Source: an uncultured Gemmatimonadaceae bacterium
GTDB taxonomy: Bacteria > Gemmatimonadota > Gemmatimonadetes > Gemmatimonadales > Gemmatimonadaceae
DNA: 64,000 nucleotides
Direction of reading: 5' to 3'
NCBI GenBank assembly: GCA_963843845.1
Contig: CAWJMB010000005.1
Location: forward strand, 92,160-156,159
The position numbers were made by a program, and so were the translations under genes. This document shows, in pieces, positions 55,170-63,883 of this stretch. Position 1 is the first letter of the stretch, and each line of letters starts with the position of its first letter. Under the pieces are notes generated by a model. That model did not search any database and was not told the origin of the DNA. It saw only the letters and a program-made list of their open reading frames with translations.

Positions 55170-57509
55170 GTGACCACGCCAGCCGGCGCCGACCCACACG
55201 ATCCGTTCCGCGACACGCTCGCCGACGCGCTCGCCCCGAGCTACGTGCTCGGCCGCGAGCTGATGGGGGGGATGTCGCGCGTGTTCGTGGCGGACGAGCC
55301 GGCGCTGGGGCGCACGGTCGTCGTGAAGGTGCTGCCGACCGACTGGGCGCCGGGGATGAACCGCGACCGCTTTCTGCGCGAGATCCAGGTCGCGGCGCGG
55401 TTGCAGCACCCGCACATCGTGCCCCTGCTCGCGGCCGGCGAGGTCGCAGGGTCGCTGTACTACACGATGCCGTTCATCGAGGGGGAGTCGCTGCGCGACG
55501 CGCTCGCCCGCGAACGGCGCTTCACCGTGCGCGAGGTCGTGCGCCTGCTGCACGACGTCGTCGACGCGCTCGCTCACGCGCACGCCCGGGGCGTCATTCA
55601 TCGCGACGTGAAGCCGGCGAACGTGCTGCTCCTCGGCAGCCACGCGCTCGTGACCGACTTCGGCGTGGCGAAGGCGCTCAGCGAGGCGCGGCAGGCACCG
55701 GGCGGTGGCTTCACGCCCGGCACGACGTCGACCGGCCTCGCGATCGGGACGCCGGCGTACATGGCCCCGGAGCAGCTCGCCGCCGACCCGGCCGCCGACC
55801 ACCGCATCGATCTCTACGCCGCCGGACTGCTCGGCTACGAGCTGCTGGCGGGGGTCTCGCCGTTCACGGCCGACTCGCCGCAGGGGATGCTCGCCGCGCA
55901 GCTCACCCGCGTGCCGCCGTCGCTGCACACGATCCGTCCGGACGTCCCCGAGCCGCTCTCGGCGCTCATCGACCGCGCGCTCGCGAAGGACCCGGCTGGG
56001 CGCCCGCCGACCGCCGCCGCCATGCTGGCCGAGCTCGATGCGGCCGTCGTCTCGCTGCTGTCGACCGCGACGCCGCCAGAGACGCCCGGGGTCACGCTCG
56101 GCGCGTCGGGCCTCGGTGGACGCACGTCGGGAGCACACGCGGGCGCGACGGTCGGGATGGTCGCCGGTGCGGCGGCCGGGATCGGCGGCGCGAACGCCGT
56201 CACCGCGCCGTTCGCCGCCCCGATCGACCGCGCGGCGCACGCGACGACGACGGCGGCGATCGCGTCGGCGGCGGGTCCCCCGCGTCGTCATCTGTCCGGC
56301 CTCCTCGGCGGCGCGCTGCTCGGGATGGGGATCGTGCTCGTCGGCGGGTGGGCGGTCGTGCGTGGGTTCGGCCCGCGCGCCGGCGCCGACTCGACGGCCG
56401 GCGCGGCGTCGGCGGCCACGGCCGGGGCGGCCACCGCGGCCACGGCGGCCGTCGGCACGCCGCTCGCTCCCGTCGCACCGACGCTGGCCGCGCGCGCCCT
56501 GCCGACCATGCTCACCCGCGACGACTCGCTCGCCATCGCCGCGGCGGTCGAGCGGCGCCTCGCGAACGAGGAGCTCGCCCGCCGCTCCGCCGCCACGCGC
56601 CCGCTCGCGCCCATGGAAGCCGAGTCGCTGCGGGCGCGGACGTGGGTGGCGTACACGGATTCGCTTCGCGACGTCGTGAGCGAGGTGACGCGCGGCATCA
56701 GCGGCATGCACATGCCCGAGCTGCGCGGCGTGCGTGGCGCGCCGGACTCCGCGACGATCGCGACCCTGGCGGCGTCGGCGGCGCGCGCGGCGGGCTGGCG
56801 CGTGCGGGGTGATCGCGGCCCGGGTGGCGGGGCTCGCGGCGACGTTCGCGCGGACGCGACGAGCGACGGACCGATCGCTCCGGGCGGTGCCACCGGTCTT
56901 CCGGGCGCGAGCGGTGCTGGAAGCCCGACCCGCCTGGACGGCATGATCGGACAGCGCGGCGCCACGAGCGACGGCCGCCCGGGGATGCCGCCGCCGCCGC
57001 GCTTCGACTTCCGCACCGATCGGGCGATCGCCAAGCTCGGCCAGATGTTGCCCGTGCCGAAGCCGGGGGTACGCCGCGTGCTCGTGCTCGACCTGAGCGA
57101 CGCCACCGGGAGCGCCGAGCTCCGCACCACTGCCCCGACAGTGTCCGCCGAGTTGCGGAAGCGGCTCGCGGCGCAGGGAAGCTACGAGATCGTCGACGCG
57201 TCGGCGGTACAGGACGCGATGCGGCTCAACCTTCCGCCGGCGGCGCTCGCCGCGATCACGCACAGCGGCGCCGTCGTCACGGGGACCGTCGTCGTCGACC
57301 GCCGCGACTCGACGGTCGGCGCCGTGCTGCTCGTGCACGACACCGAGCGCGGCTACCCGTCGCGTGTCCGCACGCCGACCGTGGCGCACGGCGATGCGAC
57401 GCGCGTCCTCGGCGACACGCTCGAGACGCCGTTGCTGCAGGCGCTCGACCGCGTGCGCTGGACGCCGAGCCAGGCGCCTGCCGCGCCGGCGACGACCGGG
57501 CGCCCGTAG
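55170..57509 (+). CDS. Membrane-anchored Hanks-type Ser/Thr protein kinase
   Basis: GGMSRVF, VVVKVL, HPHIV, HRDVKPAN, DFG, GTPAYMAPE; transmembrane segment and long C-terminal region. Confidence 0.92.
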   Translation: MTTPAGADPHDPFRDTLADALAPSYVLGRELMGGMSRVFVADEPALGRTVVVKVLPTDWAPGMNRDRFLREIQVAARLQHPHIVPLLAAGEVAGSLYYTMPFIEGESLRDALARERRFTVREVVRLLHDVVDALAHAHARGVIHRDVKPANVLLLGSHALVTDFGVAKALSEARQAPGGGFTPGTTSTGLAIGTPAYMAPEQLAADPAADHRIDLYAAGLLGYELLAGVSPFTADSPQGMLAAQLTRVPPSLHTIRPDVPEPLSALIDRALAKDPAGRPPTAAAMLAELDAAVVSLLSTATPPETPGVTLGASGLGGRTSGAHAGATVGMVAGAAAGIGGANAVTAPFAAPIDRAAHATTTAAIASAAGPPRRHLSGLLGGALLGMGIVLVGGWAVVRGFGPRAGADSTAGAASAATAGAATAATAAVGTPLAPVAPTLAARALPTMLTRDDSLAIAAAVERRLANEELARRSAATRPLAPMEAESLRARTWVAYTDSLRDVVSEVTRGISGMHMPELRGVRGAPDSATIATLAASAARAAGWRVRGDRGPGGGARGDVRADATSDGPIAPGGATGLPGASGAGSPTRLDGMIGQRGATSDGRPGMPPPPRFDFRTDRAIAKLGQMLPVPKPGVRRVLVLDLSDATGSAELRTTAPTVSAELRKRLAAQGSYEIVDASAVQDAMRLNLPPAALAAITHSGAVVTGTVVVDRRDSTVGAVLLVHDTERGYPSRVRTPTVAHGDATRVLGDTLETPLLQALDRVRWTPSQAPAAPATTGRP

Positions 57510-57608
57510 CGCGCGACGCATTTCTTCGCATCCCCGATCCGCCGGCGGCACTGTCGGTGCGGTCAGCGGCCCGGAATACTTCGCGGGTCACTGACTTCTG
57601 AGGAACGC

Positions 57609-58523
57609 ATGCAGATCGGCATGATTGGGTTGGGCCGCATGGGCGCGAACATGGCGACGCGCCTCGCCCGCGGCGGACATCAGGTCGTCGCGTGGGACCG
57701 CTCGCCCGAGGCCGTCGCGAAGACGGCCGTCGAGCCGGGGATCACCGGCGCCGACACCCTCGAGGCGCTCGTGCGGCAGCTCGCGGCGCCGCGCGCCGTG
57801 TGGATCATGATCCCGGCCGGCGACCCGACCGAGCAGATGGTCGAGACGCTGCTCGGATCGTTCGGCAGCGGCGACGCGATCATCGACGGCGGCAACAGCA
57901 ACTACAAGGACAGCATGCGCCGCGGCGCGCGGTGCGCCGAGCGCGGCGTCGCCTTTCTCGACAGCGGCACGAGCGGCGGCGTGTGGGGGCTCGCGAACGG
58001 CTACAGCCTCATGATCGGCGGCGACGCCGCGCAGGCCGAGCGGCTGCGCCCGATCTTCGAGACGCTCGCGCCGTCGCCGACGAGCGGCTGGGGGCGTGTC
58101 GGGCCGACCGGGGCCGGGCACTTCACGAAGATGGTGCACAACGGCATCGAGTACGGCATGATGCAGGCGTTCGCCGAAGGGTTCTCGATCATGCAGCACA
58201 AGACCGAGTTCGCGCTCGACCTCGCGCAGGTCGCCGAGATCTGGCGCGAGGGGAGCGTGGTGCGCTCGTGGCTGCTGGACCTCACGGCGCGCGCGTTGAG
58301 CGAGAACCCGACGCTCGACGGGATCGCGCCGTACGTCAGCGACTCGGGCGAAGGGCGCTGGACCGTCGCCGAGGCGATCGACCTCGACGTGCCGGCGCCG
58401 GTCATCACGCACGCGCTCATCGCGCGGCTCCGGTCGCGCGACGCCGAGTCGTTCACGGACAAGCTGCTCGCCGCGATGCGCAACCAGTTCGGCGGCCACG
58501 CGATCAAGACAGAGGGTCGATGA
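57609..58523 (+). CDS. gnd: 6-phosphogluconate dehydrogenase (decarboxylating, short type)
   Basis: GLGRMG, IDGGNS, SGGVWG, KMVHNGIEYGMMQ, DSGEGRW, MRNQFGGH. Confidence 0.95.
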   Translation: MQIGMIGLGRMGANMATRLARGGHQVVAWDRSPEAVAKTAVEPGITGADTLEALVRQLAAPRAVWIMIPAGDPTEQMVETLLGSFGSGDAIIDGGNSNYKDSMRRGARCAERGVAFLDSGTSGGVWGLANGYSLMIGGDAAQAERLRPIFETLAPSPTSGWGRVGPTGAGHFTKMVHNGIEYGMMQAFAEGFSIMQHKTEFALDLAQVAEIWREGSVVRSWLLDLTARALSENPTLDGIAPYVSDSGEGRWTVAEAIDLDVPAPVITHALIARLRSRDAESFTDKLLAAMRNQFGGHAIKTEGR

Positions 58524-60049
58524 CGGCGCCCGGCGTACAGCGCGACCCGCTCGACACGAGCCGGCAGCCGCGCGAGCCCGAGCCGAGCATCGTGATCGTG
58601 TTCGGCGCGACCGGCGACCTGTCGCGCCGCAAGATCCTGCCGGCGCTCTACCAGCTCCACGCGCAGGGCTTCACGGCGAACGGCTGCATCGTGCTGGGCG
58701 TCACGCGCGACGACAACATCGACGACGCCACGTTCCGCGCGATGGCCGTCGACTCGGTGATGGCCGCCGCGCCGACGAGCGACGCGGCGGTCGTCCGCGC
58801 GTGGGCCGAGGAGAGCGTGTTCTTCCAGGACACCGACGACGACTACGCACCGCTCGTCGCGCGCATCGAGGCGCTCGAAGCGGAGCACCTCATTCCGCAG
58901 AACCGCAGCTTCTACCTGTCGCTCCCGCCCGCCGTCTTCCCGACGATCGTCACGCGGCTCGGCGAGGCGGGGCTCAACCGGAGCAAGGGGTGGACGCGCA
59001 TCGTCATCGAGAAGCCGTTCGGGCGCGACCTCGCGTCGGCGCGCGCGCTGAACGACCTCGTGCACCGCTGGTTCGACGAGTCGCAGGTCTACCGCATCGA
59101 TCACTACCTCGGCAAGGAGACCGTTCAGAACCTCATCGTCTTCCGCTTCGCGAACGCGATGTTCGAGTCGCTGTGGAACCGCGACCGCATCGAGAGCGTG
59201 ACGATCACAGTGGCCGAGGAGCTCGGCGTCGAGCGGCGCGCCGGGTACTACGAGACGGCGGGGGCGCTGCGCGACATGGTGCAGAGCCACCTCACGCAGC
59301 TGCTCGCGCTCGTCGCGATGGACGTGCCGTCCGGTCTCGACGCCGCGTCGATCCGCGCCGAGAAGATCAAGGTCCTTCGCTCGATCCGGCCGATCGCCGT
59401 CGACGACGCGGTGCTGGGCCAGTACGAGGCCGGCGTCATCGACGGCGCCGACGCACCGGGCTACCGCGAGGAGCCGGGCGTCGACCCCAACTCGCGGACC
59501 GAGACGTTCGTCGCGCTCACGCTCCACGTGGAGAGCTGGCGGTGGCAGGGCGTGCCGTTCTATCTCCGCACCGGCAAGCGGATGCCGAAGCGTCTCACGG
59601 AGATCGAGATCAAGTTCCGCCGCGCCCCGGTGTGGATGTTCCGCTCGGTGCGTTCCGACGAGCTGCACCGCAACACACTGCTCGTCACGTTGCAGCCGAA
59701 CGAAGGCTTCTCGCTGTTCTTCGACGTGAAGGCGCCGGGCGAGCCGTTCCGCCTGCGCCGTCTGCCGCTGCACTTCAGCTACGACGAGGAGTTCGCCGCG
59801 CTCCCCGAGGCGTACCAGACGCTGATCCTCGACCTGCTGGTCGGCGACCAGACGCTGTTCGTGCACGCAGCGGAGGTCGAGACGAGCTGGGCGCTCTACG
59901 CGCCGCTGCTCGACGGGCGGCGCGCCGTGTATCCGTACCCCGCCGGCTCGTGGGGCCCGCGCGAAGCCGACCGCATGTCGTCGCGCGCGCCGTCACAGAC
60001 GGAAGTCGCCGCCGACATCATCCAGGGAGCGCTACATGCCGCGCACTGA
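58520..60049 (+). CDS. zwf: Glucose-6-phosphate 1-dehydrogenase
   Basis: FGATGDLSRRK, IEKPFG, RIDHYLGKETVQN, RWQGVPFYLRTGK. Confidence 0.96.
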   Translation: MTAPGVQRDPLDTSRQPREPEPSIVIVFGATGDLSRRKILPALYQLHAQGFTANGCIVLGVTRDDNIDDATFRAMAVDSVMAAAPTSDAAVVRAWAEESVFFQDTDDDYAPLVARIEALEAEHLIPQNRSFYLSLPPAVFPTIVTRLGEAGLNRSKGWTRIVIEKPFGRDLASARALNDLVHRWFDESQVYRIDHYLGKETVQNLIVFRFANAMFESLWNRDRIESVTITVAEELGVERRAGYYETAGALRDMVQSHLTQLLALVAMDVPSGLDAASIRAEKIKVLRSIRPIAVDDAVLGQYEAGVIDGADAPGYREEPGVDPNSRTETFVALTLHVESWRWQGVPFYLRTGKRMPKRLTEIEIKFRRAPVWMFRSVRSDELHRNTLLVTLQPNEGFSLFFDVKAPGEPFRLRRLPLHFSYDEEFAALPEAYQTLILDLLVGDQTLFVHAAEVETSWALYAPLLDGRRAVYPYPAGSWGPREADRMSSRAPSQTEVAADIIQGALHAAH

Positions 60050-60076
60050 GACGCCGCTCGCCGGGGGAACACGATA

Positions 60077-60874
60077 ATGCCGCGCGACAACATGCCGACG
60101 ATCCGCGTCGTCCCCGACGCCGACGCGCTGACCGCGGCCGCCGAGGCGTTCGTCACCGACGCGGTGTTAGGCGCCATCGAGCGGCACGGGCGCTGCTCGA
60201 TCGCGCTCGCCGGCGGGAGCACGCCGCGCGCGCTGTACGCGCGGCTGCAGGCGAACGACGCGGACCGTCTGCCCTGGCAGCTCATCGACATCTGGTTCGG
60301 CGACGAGCGGTGCGTGCCGCCGGACGACGAGGCGAGCAACTACGGCATGGCGATGAAGGCGCTGCTGCGTCACGTCCCACTGCCGGCGGCGAACGTGCGG
60401 CGCATCGAGGGCGAGCTCGGGGCCGCGCGCGCGGCCGACGAGTACGACACGCTGCTGCGCGAGGCGTTCGGGGCGACCGCGCCGCCCACGTCGCCGGCCT
60501 CCGACGATCCAGTCGTGCCGACGGACTCGGCGGTGCCGAACGGCTCGCCGGTCCCGACGTTCGATCTCGTGCTGTTGGGCATCGGCGCCGAGGGGCACAC
60601 GGCGTCGCTCTTTCCCGGCCACTCGGCGCTCGGCGTGACCGACCGCTGGGCGGTCGCGGTCGACCCGGCGCCGGAGACCGCGGTGCCGCCGGTGCCGCGC
60701 GTGACGCTGACGCTGCCGGCGCTGCACGGCGCCGAGCAGATCCTCGTGCTCGCGTTAGGCGCGGAGAAGCGGCCGATCGTGGAGCAGGTCCGCGCGGGGG
60801 ACGAGACGCTGCCGGCGGCGCAGGTGCGCGGGCGCGAGCGCACCATGTGGATCGTCGACGCGGCGGCGGGGTGA
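60077..60874 (+). CDS. pgl: 6-phosphogluconolactonase
   Basis: LAGGSTP, GDERCVP..D..SN, LLGIG.EGHTASLFP, RVTLTLP. Confidence 0.94.
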   Translation: MPRDNMPTIRVVPDADALTAAAEAFVTDAVLGAIERHGRCSIALAGGSTPRALYARLQANDADRLPWQLIDIWFGDERCVPPDDEASNYGMAMKALLRHVPLPAANVRRIEGELGAARAADEYDTLLREAFGATAPPTSPASDDPVVPTDSAVPNGSPVPTFDLVLLGIGAEGHTASLFPGHSALGVTDRWAVAVDPAPETAVPPVPRVTLTLPALHGAEQILVLALGAEKRPIVEQVRAGDETLPAAQVRGRERTMWIVDAAAG

Positions 60875-61152
60875 TCGGCGCGTCGGCCGGCGCGCGTCCG
60901 GCAGTGGCGCGGAGGGTGGGATCGTACAGGCTCGAGGTCGTGCGTGCGCGGAGTCACCGTGTCACGCGCCCGTCCAGTCGTCAGGAAGGCGCCCGACCGT
61001 GCGATCGACCTGACGCTGTCGAGTCAGGGTGACGCGCGAGGCGGCGCGGGGCGGCGACTACACCGCCTGGTCCGGGCGCGGGTTAATCGCGGAGCAGTGT
61101 AACGCGCGCTCCGAGGGGGACTTCCGTGCGTGCACGCATCGGTACGAGCGGC

Positions 61153-61222
61153 GTTACACTGCGACCGGGGGTCGTGAACGTCGGGTTATACTGCGCTGGG
61201 CGCTGTACAATAGGCGTTAGGC
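61153..61222 (+). other. Candidate integron attI site (core GTTAGGC plus two upstream direct repeats)
   Basis: Core G/TTAGGC at 61216 starts cassette 1 and is not preceded by a canonical attC; direct repeats GTTACACTGCG (61153) and GTTATACTGCG (61185). Confidence 0.6.
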
Positions 61223-61237
61223 ATCAAACGAGCATTC

Positions 61238-61957
61238 ATGCCGAGACAGCTCGCGACGACGGATGACTATGTGACCGCCCTCGAGGCGGTCGCCGCACGC
61301 GGGATCGCGCCGAGCGTGTGCTCGATGCTCAACGCCCACTTCGTGATGCCCCGCCGGATCGCGACGATGCGGCACCTGTGCGCGGCCGCAGGGTTCGCCG
61401 GCCACTCGGCTGGGAATCGGTTGTACGGCGGGCTCGCGCGGCGCATACGTGACGAGCTTGAACTACGGTATTCGGGGCTCTCGCTCTGGACCATCGCCAC
61501 ATGGCCGGCGCCGCCCATCGACGAGGCCGGCGAGTTCGCGTTCCGCATGCGGCCGGAGTTCGCCGAGGCGTTGGAACGCCTCGCGCTCGTCGACGCGTCG
61601 TACGTGCCCCCGCTCCCGCGGCCGCACGGGCGGCGGGCGATCGAGGGCGAGGTCCGGACACAGCTCCGCGCGCGCCGGAAGCGCGAGCGGTGGCTGCGGG
61701 AGGCGAAGATCGCGGAGGCGTCTTCGGCGTCGCCGGACGGGCGCCTCCGCTGTGAAGTCCCGGGGTGCGGATTCGACTTCGAGGCCGCCTACGGAGCGGT
61801 CGGCCGCGGCTACATGCAGGTTCACCATGTGCAGCCGCTCGCCTCGCGGGCGCGGGCGTCGGAGACGGACCCGGATGACTTGCGGCTCGTCTGCGCGAAC
61901 TGCCATGTCATGATCCACCGCGACGGCGAGAGTCGCGAAGTCGGGGGCCTCCTTTGA
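61238..61957 (+). CDS. Cassette 1: McrA-like HNH endonuclease with uncharacterised N-terminal domain
   Basis: CEVPGCGFDF..YG..G.GYMQVHH..PL and LVCANCHVMIH. Confidence 0.85.
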   Translation: MPRQLATTDDYVTALEAVAARGIAPSVCSMLNAHFVMPRRIATMRHLCAAAGFAGHSAGNRLYGGLARRIRDELELRYSGLSLWTIATWPAPPIDEAGEFAFRMRPEFAEALERLALVDASYVPPLPRPHGRRAIEGEVRTQLRARRKRERWLREAKIAEASSASPDGRLRCEVPGCGFDFEAAYGAVGRGYMQVHHVQPLASRARASETDPDDLRLVCANCHVMIHRDGESREVGGLL

Positions 61958-61963
61958 GCCGAT

Positions 61964-62059
61964 GCCTAACGAGTGCTTGAAGCTGACGGAGGCGCGCACC
62001 GCTCCCCAGAATTCACAGCTCCAGCCCTGCGCCTCCGCAGCTTAAGCTGGGCGTTAGAC
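61964..62059 (+). other. attC site 1 (96 bp)
   Basis: R'' GCCTAAC, L'' CTT(G)AAGCTG(A)CGGAGGCGC pairs with GCGCCTCCGCAGCTTAAG, R' GTTAGAC; two extrahelical bases. Confidence 0.93.
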
Positions 62060-62082
62060 AACAAATTGGTGAGTAACCGCCT

Positions 62083-62922
62083 GTGATAGGCCTCCTGGAG
62101 CTGCTGTCGTCGCGCGGCCTCGACCCCGCCGCGCCGACGAAAATGGTCCGGCACGAGAGCGCGTCGCACCCCATCGACGACCTGCGCCGTGACGGCCAAC
62201 TCGATCTCTACCAAGGCCACCAGTCGCGGCCTGTCTTCGAGTGCAATTACGTCGTCTCGTTCCTCGGCCAGCCACACCGGCGGGCGCTCCTGTACGGCGT
62301 GTTTCGCGTCGCGGGGCGGACGACGTGCGACGGCACCGCCACGCCGGGCCTCATGTATCCCGAGTGGGCGCAGGCAGGCCACTACTGGTACGACCTTCAG
62401 CGGATGGGTGGGTTCGACGACCTCGCGGACCGCGTGGTGATCGACTGGGGCCCGTCGACGCGATCGTGGCACCAGTGGCTGGTCAACCGCGAAGTCGTCG
62501 AGGTGCTGCCGGCCGGCTACGTCAAGGAGTTTCCGGGCTACCTCGACTTCGTCCTCTCGTACGATGAACTCCGCCGCATCGTCCGGGACGCCGTCGCGAA
62601 CCGTGAGTGGCACCGGATGCTGCGCGCGGTCGCCGGCGTTTACCTGATCGTCGACCGGACGACGGGGAAGCAGTACGTGGGGTCGGCCTGCGGCGAAGGG
62701 GGCATCTTGCAGCGCTGGGCCGCGTACGTTCAGAGTGGCGGTCACGGCGGCAACGCGCGGCTCCAAGAACTACTGGCGCCGGACGGTGCCTACGCTGAGC
62801 GGTTCGACTTCACGATTCTCCAGACACTGCCGCGGACAGCGACCCCGGCGGAGGTGGTGGCAGTCGAGACACTCCACAAGCGTAAGCTCGGGAGTCGCGC
62901 GCACGGGCTCAACGCGAACTGA
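62083..62922 (+). CDS. Cassette 2: GIY-YIG nuclease family protein
   Basis: GVYLIVDRTTGKQYVGSA.G..GI.QRW..Y, GHGGN, E..HK..LGSR..GLN. Confidence 0.88.
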   Translation: MIGLLELLSSRGLDPAAPTKMVRHESASHPIDDLRRDGQLDLYQGHQSRPVFECNYVVSFLGQPHRRALLYGVFRVAGRTTCDGTATPGLMYPEWAQAGHYWYDLQRMGGFDDLADRVVIDWGPSTRSWHQWLVNREVVEVLPAGYVKEFPGYLDFVLSYDELRRIVRDAVANREWHRMLRAVAGVYLIVDRTTGKQYVGSACGEGGILQRWAAYVQSGGHGGNARLQELLAPDGAYAERFDFTILQTLPRTATPAEVVAVETLHKRKLGSRAHGLNAN

Positions 62923-62932
62923 ATCGCGTGTT

Positions 62933-63028
62933 GTCTAACGTGTCGCTGAAGCTGACGAAGGCGCGCAGCGTCCCTCGCGGCGGCCGAGATCACGTATGCG
63001 CCTTCGCAGGTGAACTCTGGCGTTAGAC
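62933..63028 (+). other. attC site 2 (96 bp, degenerate L pairing)
   Basis: R'' GTCTAAC, CTG(A)CGAAGGCGC pairs with GCGCCTTCGCAG, R' GTTAGAC. Confidence 0.88.
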
Positions 63029-63052
63029 GTCGACACGCTCTCGTGTATTCCT

Positions 63053-63688
63053 ATGCCTGACCTGATTCCATCGGCGCCGCCGGTGACACTAGACCTCGAG
63101 TTCCGGGGCCCGTTCACGTTCGGTGCGGGTCCACGGTCGCTGTTCGACTCCGCCGACCGTGGCGCATCCTGCGTTTACGTCTGGACGATCCGATCAGAGC
63201 GTGACGGACGGTGCTATGCCCACTACGTCGGGGAGGCAGAGAACTTCGCCCGCCGCCAGCGGGAGCACCTCACCCAGGTGCTCGGGCTCAACTACGGGAT
63301 TCTTGATCCGACCGCCGCGCGTCAGGGTGAGGTTCGCTGGGTTTGGCGTGGGATGTGGCGCGACCGGACACCAGCCGGTCCCGCGGAAGCGCTGGCCCGG
63401 TACTCGTCGCTCACAGCTGCGGTAAGCGAGTATCTGGAAGCACTGGACGTCTTCGTGGCGCCCGTCGCGGGCGACCGGGTTCTGCGACGGCGCGTCGAGC
63501 GAGCTCTGGCCGACCAGTTCCGGGTTGGGCGCCCTGAGACGGGTGTGCTCTACCCGGCCGACAACAGAGTGAGCGGCGCCCCCGGGGGCGAGGCGATGCA
63601 CCTTCGCCTCTCAGCATTGGAGCCGATCGCCGGGATCGAAGGGGTGCTCGTCGTGCCTCCGACGTCTGTTCGACGTGCTGCCCGATGA
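63053..63688 (+). CDS. Cassette 3: hypothetical protein with divergent GIY-YIG-like motif
   Basis: CVYVWT...HYVGEAENFARRQREH, later VE..LA and DN. Confidence 0.65.
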   Translation: MPDLIPSAPPVTLDLEFRGPFTFGAGPRSLFDSADRGASCVYVWTIRSERDGRCYAHYVGEAENFARRQREHLTQVLGLNYGILDPTAARQGEVRWVWRGMWRDRTPAGPAEALARYSSLTAAVSEYLEALDVFVAPVAGDRVLRRRVERALADQFRVGRPETGVLYPADNRVSGAPGGEAMHLRLSALEPIAGIEGVLVVPPTSVRRAAR

Positions 63689-63708
63689 GCGCTCTCCGAA
63701 GAGCCGAC

Positions 63709-63805
63709 GTCTAACGAATCGTTGAAGCTGACAAAGCCGCGCATCGCTCCGGCCCGGCGGCATGGATCACGTGTGCGGCTTTGCAGCTTAACTCGGGCGT
63801 TAGGC
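63709..63805 (+). other. attC site 3 (97 bp)
   Basis: R'' GTCTAAC, GTT(G)AAGCTG(A)CAAAGCCGC pairs with GCGGCTTTGCAGCTTAAC, R' GTTAGGC. Confidence 0.93.
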
Positions 63806-63883
63806 CGCTCGCAGAGTCCGTCGCGGCGCGAAGTCCTGCCGCAACGTATCTTCCGGCATCCCACGCCGCCCGAGGTGATTCCC

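Noticed and set aside
60875..61093. Possible intI remnant between pgl and the attI-like site
   Set aside because: The parts I translated show no tyrosine-recombinase or IntI N-terminal motifs; too short for an integrase.
61964..63805. Recurrent repeats as a CRISPR array or simple terminators
   Set aside because: They are separated by whole genes and have R/L box structure with extrahelical bases, which is diagnostic of attC; no cas genes.
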